From an uncultured Desulfatitalea sp. (GTDB lineage Bacteria; Desulfobacterota; Desulfobacteria; Desulfobacterales; Desulfosarcinaceae), in NCBI GenBank assembly GCA_963668675.2, contig CAXXMB010000002.1, positions 896,001-960,000 on the forward strand: a DNA stretch of 64,000 nucleotides. Direction: 5' to 3'. The notes beneath the pieces are model-generated. The model had not been told where the DNA came from. It ran no database searches and was given only the letters and a program-made list of their open reading frames with translations. Within the stretch, counting starts at the first letter, position 1; every line of letters starts with the position of its first letter. Positions 56,544 to 64,000 of the stretch are shown here, in pieces. Position numbers and translations under genes: made by a program.

Positions 56544-58340
56544 ATGCCGATCGACAGTGCCGCCATCTCCCGCCAAAGCTTGCGCTGGCTTTTCAACCAG
56601 GCCAGGTCGGCAGCGGCCTGGATCTGCCTCTCCGTGGGCTTGGGAATCGCCGGTGGCCTGCTGTTGATCGTGCAGGCCGGATGCCTGGCACGCATCATCC
56701 ACCAGGTGGCCATCGATGGCATAACGAGGGAGCATATGGTTCCCTTGTTCATCGTGCTGATAAGCGCCGTTATCGCCAGGGCCGCTCTCCACTGGGGACG
56801 CGAAATGGCAGGCTTCAGGGCCGGTGCGCTCATAAGGGAAAAGGTGCGCATGGTGGTCATCGAGCACATCACGCGCCTCGGTCCAGGCTATATGGCCGAC
56901 CGGGCCAGCGGTGCCTTGGCCAGTACGATCATCGAGCAGGTGGAGGGCCTGGAGGGTTTCTTTGCCCGCTACCTGCCCCAGATGGCTCTGGCCGTATCGA
57001 TTCCCCTGGCCATGCTCTCTTTCGTCTTTCCCATCAGTTGGGCCGCCGGCGCTCTTCTACTGGGAACGGCGCCATTGATCCCCCTGTTTATGATGCTCAT
57101 CGGCATGGGCGCCCAGAGCATCAGCCAACGCTATTTTACAGCCCTCTCCCGCCTGAGTGCCCACTTCCTGGACGTCCTGCAGGGATTGGCAACCCTCAAG
57201 CTGTTCGACCGCAGCCGTCCGGAAGAGAAGCGCGTGGCCGAAACATCCGCCGCCTATCGAATTCAGACCATGCGCGTGCTTCGGGTGGCCTTTCTATCAT
57301 CCGCCGTGCTGGAATTCTTCACCTCTGTCGCCATCGCCCTTGTGGCAGTCTATCTCGGGATGACCTTTCTCGGCTACTATGACTTCGGCACATGGGGAAG
57401 CCCGCTAACCCTCTCCGGCGGCCTGTTCATTCTGCTGCTGGCACCCGACTTCTACCTGCCTCTGCGTGAACTGGGTATCCACTACCATACCCGCGCCGAA
57501 GCCATGGGGGCAGCCGCGGAGATTATAAAAGTCCTGAAAACCCCACTGCCCCCGCAACACAGTTGCGCACGTGGCCATATTGCCCTTGGGGCCCTCGGGT
57601 TATCCATCGAAGAGCTGCACCTAACGTATCAAAAGGGGCAGCGACGAGCGCTTGCCGGCGTCAACCTGAGCATTGCTCCCGGCGAGCATATTGCCGTGGT
57701 TGGAGAGAGCGGCGCAGGGAAAACATCTCTGCTGAACGCAATCCTCGGGTTTGTCACCCCCGCCCGGGGAAAAATCAGCGTCAACGACATCTCACTGGCC
57801 GACCTGGCTGCCGACCGTCGAAACGACTGCTTTGCCTGGATCGGCCAGGATCCGATCCTGTTCCATGGGACGATCCGGGAGAACATTCTCATGGGACACC
57901 GGGAGGCCGATGAGGCCGAGGTGCGCGACGCAGCCGATGCGGCCGGCGTTTCAGCGTTTACACATCGGCTGCCTGCGGGGCTGGAGACCCGCGTCGGTGA
58001 GCAGGGCTACGGCCTTTCGCGGGGAGAGGCCCAGCGGGTTGCCCTTGCCAGGGCCTGGCTGAAAAATGCCCCGATCCTGCTTCTGGATGAGCCCACCGCC
58101 GGCCTCGATCGAAAAAACGAACAACGGGTGATGTCAGCACTGCAGCGCCTGACCAAAGAGCGCACCGTGCTGATGATGACCCACCGGCTCTCCGGCCTTC
58201 GGCAGGCAGACCGCATTGCCGTGATGGAGGGAGGCGAAATCGTGGCGTGCGACACCTACGACAGGTTGATGGCCAACCACGGTGCGTTGCACCGGCTGGT
58301 CAACCGGGGCGAAGGAGACATTGATGCATCAACGCCATGA
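56544..58340 (+). CDS. cydD: Thiol reductant ABC exporter subunit CydD
   Basis: FFARYLPQ, LRVAFLSSAVLEFF, LAPDFYLPLRELG, GESGAGKT, LLLDEPTA. Confidence 0.93.
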   Translation: MPIDSAAISRQSLRWLFNQARSAAAWICLSVGLGIAGGLLLIVQAGCLARIIHQVAIDGITREHMVPLFIVLISAVIARAALHWGREMAGFRAGALIREKVRMVVIEHITRLGPGYMADRASGALASTIIEQVEGLEGFFARYLPQMALAVSIPLAMLSFVFPISWAAGALLLGTAPLIPLFMMLIGMGAQSISQRYFTALSRLSAHFLDVLQGLATLKLFDRSRPEEKRVAETSAAYRIQTMRVLRVAFLSSAVLEFFTSVAIALVAVYLGMTFLGYYDFGTWGSPLTLSGGLFILLLAPDFYLPLRELGIHYHTRAEAMGAAAEIIKVLKTPLPPQHSCARGHIALGALGLSIEELHLTYQKGQRRALAGVNLSIAPGEHIAVVGESGAGKTSLLNAILGFVTPARGKISVNDISLADLAADRRNDCFAWIGQDPILFHGTIRENILMGHREADEAEVRDAADAAGVSAFTHRLPAGLETRVGEQGYGLSRGEAQRVALARAWLKNAPILLLDEPTAGLDRKNEQRVMSALQRLTKERTVLMMTHRLSGLRQADRIAVMEGGEIVACDTYDRLMANHGALHRLVNRGEGDIDASTP

Positions 58341-60072
58341 GTTACGCCCCTTCGTGCGCCGCTTTCTCGCCTTCAAAAGCAGGATGGCCCTGGGGGCGGT
58401 ACTGGGCCTGCTGGCTGTGCTGGCCGTCATTGGACTGCTGTCGCTGGCCGGGTGGTTCCTGACCGCAGCCGCAGTTGCCGGTCTGACCGCTGCAGGCGCG
58501 GCTAGCTTCAACTTTTTCATTCCCAGCGTCGGCGTAAGGGTGTTCGCCTTCGTGCGGACACTGGCACGATATGGGGAGCGGGTCTATAGCCACGAGGCCA
58601 CTTTTCACATCCTGGAGATGCTTCGAACCTGGTTCTTCAGACGCATCGAACCCTTGGTGCCGGCGGTGCTGTCGAAGCATCGCAGCGGCGACATCCTCAA
58701 CCGCATGGTCGAGGATGTCGACACCCTGGACAATCTCTACCTGCGCGTTCTCTCACCGACAGCAACTGCGGTCATCATCGCGTTTACCGTCGGAACGCTT
58801 CTGTGGCTCCTCGATCCGCTGATGGCGATGGCGGCTGCGGTCATGTGGGCTCTGGCCGGCACCATTCCCTTCGCCACCGCCCAGTTGGGCAAGCCACTGG
58901 GCATCGAATCGGCGCGGCTCTCCGCCGCCTTAAAATCAAGCACCGTGGCCTACCTCCAGGGCCTGTCCGAGATACGGGTCTATGATGCCGATGGGCACCA
59001 CCTGGAGGCCATCCGAAAGGAGACCCGGATGCTGCTGGCGGTCCAGGCGCGCATGGGCAACGTGAAGGGCATCTCGGCCGCACTGCTTTCACTGCTCTCC
59101 GGCCTCTCGGCTGCGCTGATCCTCTATGTCGGCGTGGCCAGTTGCCATGCCGGCAGACTGAATGGTGCCGGATTGACCCTGGCGACCCTGGCGGTGCTGG
59201 CCTCCTTCGACGCCGTCTGGCCCCTGCCCAACGCGTTTCTCTACCTGGCCCGGACGCGGGAAGCTGCCCGACGGCTGCTCGAATTGACCGAGGCCGATCC
59301 GCCGGTGGCCTTCCCCGGGACCACGCCATCGGCTCCCGAAGCATTTGACCTGACCCTGGAAGATATCCGTCTCGCCTATAACCCGACGTCTCAGCCGGCC
59401 CTGGACGGCATCAATCTGGAGATCGCCGCTGGAGAGCGTGTGGCGATCCTGGGTGCCTCAGGTTCGGGTAAAAGCAGCCTGGTCCATTTGATGGCGCGAT
59501 TCTGGGATCCCGATAAAGGTCGCATTCGCATCGGCGGTGTGAATCTGAACACGCTCAGTGAACCGGACCTGCGGCGCTGGATCTGCGTTATCTCCCAGAA
59601 GGCGCACATCTTCAACGCTTCGGTGGGCGACAATCTGAGGATCGCCGGTCCGGATGCTTCGGATGCGGAGTTGCGGGAAGCGATGGCTGCGGCGGGTCTG
59701 CATGATTTTCTAACCGATCTGCCCGACGGCCTGAACACCTGGATCGGAGAGAGCGGCAAACGCATTTCCGGCGGTCAAGCCAGGCGTTTGGCCGTTGCCC
59801 GGGCTTTTTTGCGCGATGCGCCCATATGGATTCTGGATGAACCCACCGAGGGGCTCGACCGCATCACGGCCCGAATGCTGACCGATGAGATCCTGCGCCG
59901 CACTGCCGGAAGAACCGTCCTGTGGATCACCCATCGCCAGGTGGAGGCGGCCCGAATGGATCGGATCGTCCTGCTTGAAGAGGGCCGGGTGATCGCCCAG
60001 GGGGACCACCATGCACTGAAGGAAAAAAATCAATGCTATAGGGACTTGATATTCGAGGGGGTTTTATCGTAG
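58324..60072 (+). CDS. cydC: Thiol reductant ABC exporter subunit CydC
   Basis: GWFL, RTLARYGERVYSHEATF, DVDTLDNLYLRV, GASGSGKS, ILDEPTEGLD. Confidence 0.93.
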   Translation: MHQRHELRPFVRRFLAFKSRMALGAVLGLLAVLAVIGLLSLAGWFLTAAAVAGLTAAGAASFNFFIPSVGVRVFAFVRTLARYGERVYSHEATFHILEMLRTWFFRRIEPLVPAVLSKHRSGDILNRMVEDVDTLDNLYLRVLSPTATAVIIAFTVGTLLWLLDPLMAMAAAVMWALAGTIPFATAQLGKPLGIESARLSAALKSSTVAYLQGLSEIRVYDADGHHLEAIRKETRMLLAVQARMGNVKGISAALLSLLSGLSAALILYVGVASCHAGRLNGAGLTLATLAVLASFDAVWPLPNAFLYLARTREAARRLLELTEADPPVAFPGTTPSAPEAFDLTLEDIRLAYNPTSQPALDGINLEIAAGERVAILGASGSGKSSLVHLMARFWDPDKGRIRIGGVNLNTLSEPDLRRWICVISQKAHIFNASVGDNLRIAGPDASDAELREAMAAAGLHDFLTDLPDGLNTWIGESGKRISGGQARRLAVARAFLRDAPIWILDEPTEGLDRITARMLTDEILRRTAGRTVLWITHRQVEAARMDRIVLLEEGRVIAQGDHHALKEKNQCYRDLIFEGVLS

Positions 60073-60169
60073 CATGTGTCTCGGCATATCGATTTTGTGA
60101 GACAGTACCGAAGCATAAGGGTTCGAGCAAACGACCAACAATACCAGCACAATTAAAAAAGGATCGCTT

Positions 60170-61492
60170 ATGGATGCACTATTATTATCACGATTTCAAT
60201 TCGCGGCCACGACCATGTTTCACTTCCTCTTCGTCCCCCTGACACTGAGCCTCTCGATCATCGTGGCCTACATGGAGACGAAGTACGTCCGCACCGGTGA
60301 CAAGACCTACCTGGATATGACCAAGTTCTGGGCCAAGCTGTTTCTCATCAATTTCGCCGTGGGCGTGGTCACCGGCATCACCCTGGAATTTCAGTTCGGC
60401 ACCAACTGGTCGCGCTACAGCGCCTATGTGGGTGATATCTTCGGTTCCCTTCTGGCCATTGAAGCAACCGCCTCCTTCTTTCTGGAGTCGACCCTCATCG
60501 GCGTGTGGATCTTCGGATGGAAGAAGCTCTCCAAAAAGGCCCATGCGGCGGTCATGTGGATGGTGGCCCTGGGGTCCAATGTATCGGCCGTATGGATCCT
60601 GATCGCCAATGCCTGGATGCAGAGCCCGGTCGGCTATACCATTCGCGATGGAAGAGCGGAACTGATCGACTTTGCAGCAGTGGTGACCCAGAAGTTCGCC
60701 ATCGTCAAAATCATCCACACTGTCAGCTCGGCCCTGGTGCTGGGATCCTTCTTCATCATGGGCATCAGCGCCTACCATCTGCTGCGCAAGAAAAACGTGC
60801 CCTTCTTCAACCGCTCGTTCAAGGTCGGATTGGGTTTCGGCATCGTCTTCTCCCTCGTCGTCTTCATCATGGGCGACCTCAACGGCGTCGTGGTGGCTCA
60901 AAAGCAGCCCACCAAGCTGGCCGCCATGGAGTCCCTGTGGGAGACCCAGAAGTCGGCCCCGGTCTACCTGTTTGCCTGGCCCGACGAGGAGAACGGACGC
61001 AACGCCATCGAGTTCGGCGCCATTCCGGGAGCGCTCAGCCTCCTGGTCGAGCACGATTTCAATGCCGAAATAAAGGGGCTCAACGAATTCCCCAAGGAGG
61101 AGAGGCCACCGGTGCTGATCACCTCTTTCGCCTTCAAAGGCATGGTCGGACTGGGATCGCTGTTTATCCTGCTCACGTTCGTGGGGCTCTTTCTGAAAGA
61201 TAAACTGGTAAACTATCCCCTCTATCTCAAAATCATGGTCGCAGCCATCCCGCTGCCCTACCTGGCCATTCAACTCGGCTGGCTGGTCACGGAGATGGGG
61301 CGGCAACCATGGATCGTCTACGGACTGATGAAGACGGCGGGCGCCAATTCGCCCATCGCCGCATCCCAGGTGGGCATATCGCTGGCCGGCTTCATCGTGG
61401 TGTATGGCCTGCTGGGCCTGGCCGGATTTTACCTGATCGCCCGCAATGCCATCCAGGGCCCTTCCCTGGACGACGCTGCCGATGGGCACTGA
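60170..61492 (+). CDS. cydA: Cytochrome bd ubiquinol oxidase subunit I
   Basis: LSRFQFA...HFLFVPLT, EFQFGTNWS, QPTKLAAME, EMGRQPW. Confidence 0.96.
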   Translation: MDALLLSRFQFAATTMFHFLFVPLTLSLSIIVAYMETKYVRTGDKTYLDMTKFWAKLFLINFAVGVVTGITLEFQFGTNWSRYSAYVGDIFGSLLAIEATASFFLESTLIGVWIFGWKKLSKKAHAAVMWMVALGSNVSAVWILIANAWMQSPVGYTIRDGRAELIDFAAVVTQKFAIVKIIHTVSSALVLGSFFIMGISAYHLLRKKNVPFFNRSFKVGLGFGIVFSLVVFIMGDLNGVVVAQKQPTKLAAMESLWETQKSAPVYLFAWPDEENGRNAIEFGAIPGALSLLVEHDFNAEIKGLNEFPKEERPPVLITSFAFKGMVGLGSLFILLTFVGLFLKDKLVNYPLYLKIMVAAIPLPYLAIQLGWLVTEMGRQPWIVYGLMKTAGANSPIAASQVGISLAGFIVVYGLLGLAGFYLIARNAIQGPSLDDAADGH

Positions 61493-61596
61493 GGCGCTAT
61501 GCTGGTGAAGCCTGCATGATATGGTGATCCGGAAACAGTCGATCGGGAGAATCGAGCCTAAAAACTGATACGCCAAAAACCAACCAGGAGACAAAA

Positions 61597-62613
61597 ATGG
61601 TACTACAAAACATATGGTTTCTACTTTGGGGATTGCTCTGGGCGCTCTATTTCATCACGGACGGATTCGATCTGGGGATCGGATCGCTCTACCCGTTCCT
61701 GGGCAAAAACGACCAGGACAAACGGGCCATGATCAACGCCATGGGGCCTTTGTGGGACGGCAACCAGGTGTGGCTGCTGACCGCCGGGGGCGTCACCTTC
61801 GCCGCCTTCCCCCTAGTCTACGCGGTGATGTTTTCATCCCTCTACTCTGCATTGATGCTGATCCTCTTCGCCTTGATCATCAGAGGGGTTTCGTTTGAAT
61901 TCAGGCACAAAATCGACGACCCCAAATGGACCCGGATATGGGACACCTGCATCTTCGTCGGCAGCGTGGCACCGGCCATCCTCTTTGGCGTCGCCTTTGC
62001 CAATATCTTCCAGGGGATTCCCTTTGACCAGGAGGGCATCTATCACGGTACCCTGCTCACCCTGCTCAATCCCTACGGGCTGATCGGCGGCGTGCTCTTC
62101 CTGCTGCTCTTCCTGGAGCACGGCGCGCTGTGGCTGGCCATTCGAAGCCAGGGAGCCCTTCACGACCGGGCCGTCAAAACGGCCAACGGGATCTGGCCGG
62201 TACTGCTGGTGATCGCGGTGGTCTTTCTGGTGGCCACCAAGTTCGCCACCTCGCTCTGGGACAACTACCTTGCCAACCCGCTGCTCTTCGTCATCGTCCT
62301 GCTGGCCGTTGCCGGTCTGCTGGGAACGAAAATCTTCCTGACCAAGCAGGCCCTCTTCAAGGCATGGTTCTCTTCGGCCGCAACCATCATCGGGTGCACC
62401 TTCTTCGGGGTGGTGGGTCTTTTCCCCAACCTCTTCCCGTCAAGCCTGGACCCGGCTTACAGCCTGACAGCCCACAACGCCTCTTCCAGCGCGCTGACGC
62501 TGAAGATCATGCTGTTTGTGGTGCTGCTCTTCGTGCCCCTGGTGCTTGTCTATCAGATATGGGCTTACAGCCTGTTCAAGAACAAAGTCGAAACCGAAGA
62601 TATGATGTACTGA
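61597..62613 (+). CDS. cydB: Cytochrome bd ubiquinol oxidase subunit II
   Basis: DGFDLG, GPLWDGNQVWL, FAAFP, RGVSFEFR. Confidence 0.96.
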   Translation: MVLQNIWFLLWGLLWALYFITDGFDLGIGSLYPFLGKNDQDKRAMINAMGPLWDGNQVWLLTAGGVTFAAFPLVYAVMFSSLYSALMLILFALIIRGVSFEFRHKIDDPKWTRIWDTCIFVGSVAPAILFGVAFANIFQGIPFDQEGIYHGTLLTLLNPYGLIGGVLFLLLFLEHGALWLAIRSQGALHDRAVKTANGIWPVLLVIAVVFLVATKFATSLWDNYLANPLLFVIVLLAVAGLLGTKIFLTKQALFKAWFSSAATIIGCTFFGVVGLFPNLFPSSLDPAYSLTAHNASSSALTLKIMLFVVLLFVPLVLVYQIWAYSLFKNKVETEDMMY

Positions 62614-62637
62614 TCGCCACCGGCGATAGCACCAAAT

Positions 62638-62673
62638 AAAAAGGCCGCCCCAAACGGGGTGGCCTTTGCTTTT
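62638..62673. terminator. Bidirectional terminator between convergent genes
   Basis: AAAAAGGCCGCCCC-AAAC-GGGGTGGCCTTT. Confidence 0.75.
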
Positions 62674-62683
62674 GAAGAGGATA

Positions 62684-63148
62684 TTATCTTGCCCACCGTA
62701 ACCACCCGGCGCGCAGTACCAGCGCCCCCAGCGAGGCCAGCATGAAAAAGACAGCCGCCCCCATGTGAAGAAAATTCATACTCATCAACAGGCCCATGGG
62801 GAAAAAGACACCAGGCAAATTCTTGAGAGCCATCACCAATCCGGAAAGCAGGGTCAATGCCAGGAGCAGCGCACGAAGCCTACCCATGGCGGTCAGTTGC
62901 CGCCTGGCATACCCGCGAAAATAGGTGATGAGGTAGTAAACCCCCATGGCCACCAGGATTGCCCCCGCAATATAGTGCACTTTCACGTTGGCAAGAAAGT
63001 CGCCCGACCACGCCAACAAGGGAAGATCACCAATATAGTATCGACCGTAAAGGGGCATGTTGCCGAAGCCGGTAAAGAGGGCCAGCACGACGGCGGCCCG
63101 ATAGATCCATCTCGATGGGGAGCGTTCATCATGATATCTCATATTCAC
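62684..63148 (-). CDS. Four-TM membrane protein (cytochrome b-like partner of the Fe-S protein)
   Basis: TGFGNMPLYGRYY, two His in TM segments; overlaps the stop of the upstream Fe-S gene. Confidence 0.75.
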   Translation of the reverse strand: MNMRYHDERSPSRWIYRAAVVLALFTGFGNMPLYGRYYIGDLPLLAWSGDFLANVKVHYIAGAILVAMGVYYLITYFRGYARRQLTAMGRLRALLLALTLLSGLVMALKNLPGVFFPMGLLMSMNFLHMGAAVFFMLASLGALVLRAGWLRWAR

Positions 63149-64000
63149 CTCCCCTTTCCGTCAAGCTTGCGGGCCATGCTGCGGGCCTGCAGAAGCGCGC
63201 CGGCAATGCCGGCAACCGGTGCCACGGCCAGGGCAAAGGCCCAATTGTTGGTCGAGGCCATCACGTCGGCCGCCGCAGCCAGGTGGGGTTTACCCGGCCC
63301 CTTCTCGATGGATTGGTTGAGGAGTTCGAACGGCACGGGCGACACGTAGATCGTATTGGTACCGCCGTTCTCCTTCTCTCCATAAACAAACCCGCCGATC
63401 TCCTTGGCCAGGGCATGTGCCTTCTTCACCATCTCGGTGCGCGATCCGATCTCCTGGACCTCTTCCGGGCAGACCTCGATACAGGCCGGCAGTTCCCCCT
63501 CGGCAAGGCGATTGTAGCAGCGGTCGCACTTGTACATCACCCCATTGCCGGCATACTGGGGCAGCAGATCGAGATGCAGTCCCACGCCGGACTGGCGTTC
63601 AGGAATGTGCCAGGGGCAGACATTTTTGCACTTGGCGCCGCCCATGCACACCTCGGGATGGATGCGGACAATGCCGTTCGGCTCGATGAAAGCTGCGCCG
63701 AACGGGCAGAGTTTAGAGCAGGGCGCATTCTGGCAGTGCATGCAGCGTCGCGGGATATGAATCTCGAAATCTTCTCCGTTGTACTGCCCTTCAGCCGTCT
63801 GGATATAGAGCCAGTTATAGGGCGTCAGCCGGTCGCTCACCTCACGCTTCTCCTCCGACGACCAATCGGCGATCTTGACCCGGTCGCGCGGCACCATCTC
63901 GGGCATGGCCCCCTTCGGTTCTGGAAACTTCTCCTCATTCACCTCGCGGCACGCTTCGACACACGCCTCACAGGCGATGCACTTGCGAATGTCCAACAAG
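63145..64000 (-). CDS. 4Fe-4S dicluster protein (DmsB/HybA/FdhB-like), 5' end outside window
   Basis: CIACEAC, CMHCQNAPC, CMGGAKC, KCDRC...PACIEVCP, GGTN, C-terminal TM. Confidence 0.9.
   Translation of the reverse strand, partial: LLDIRKCIACEACVEACREVNEEKFPEPKGAMPEMVPRDRVKIADWSSEEKREVSDRLTPYNWLYIQTAEGQYNGEDFEIHIPRRCMHCQNAPCSKLCPFGAAFIEPNGIVRIHPEVCMGGAKCKNVCPWHIPERQSGVGLHLDLLPQYAGNGVMYKCDRCYNRLAEGELPACIEVCPEEVQEIGSRTEMVKKAHALAKEIGGFVYGEKENGGTNTIYVSPVPFELLNQSIEKGPGKPHLAAAADVMASTNNWAFALAVAPVAGIAGALLQARSMARKLDGKGR

Noticed and set aside
56544..62613. Cytochrome bd in an anaerobe as a novelty
   Set aside because: cydAB with cydDC is well known in sulfate reducers as oxygen defence.

Overview
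This window is GC-rich, gene-dense bacterial chromosome. The gene content (IorAB, LutABC, cytochrome bd, B12 radical SAM, zinc-ribbon PilZ, fatty-acid/acyl-CoA enzymes) suggests an anaerobic Desulfobacterota member, probably Desulfobacterales; this is an inference. It holds about 50 CDS and no rRNA, tRNA, CRISPR array, integrase or transposase. Core content: MBL/rhodanese genes, a PilZ + GGDEF pair, MMPL and RND transporters, fadB-like, iorAB-lutABC, ada/alkA-ogt, trpEGD-C-F, acyl-CoA genes and cydDC-cydAB. Best leads: (1) a DUF559 endonuclease cassette inside the trp operon, bracketed by near-identical ~100-bp palindromic direct repeats that supply its RBS and stop codon; (2) an Lgt-CPBP (CAAX-protease) fusion, co-oriented with a DUF1624 membrane acyltransferase and a PETase/cutinase-like lipoprotein, and preceded by a structured attenuator-like intergenic region; (3) a WWWRW trp leader peptide with attenuator, absent from the ORF track; (4) a CoA-transferase-GNAT fusion lacking the catalytic Glu, next to an acyl-CoA ligase; (5) a tandem triplication of QsdR-type regulators. 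All family calls come from motif recognition by eye, not database searches.
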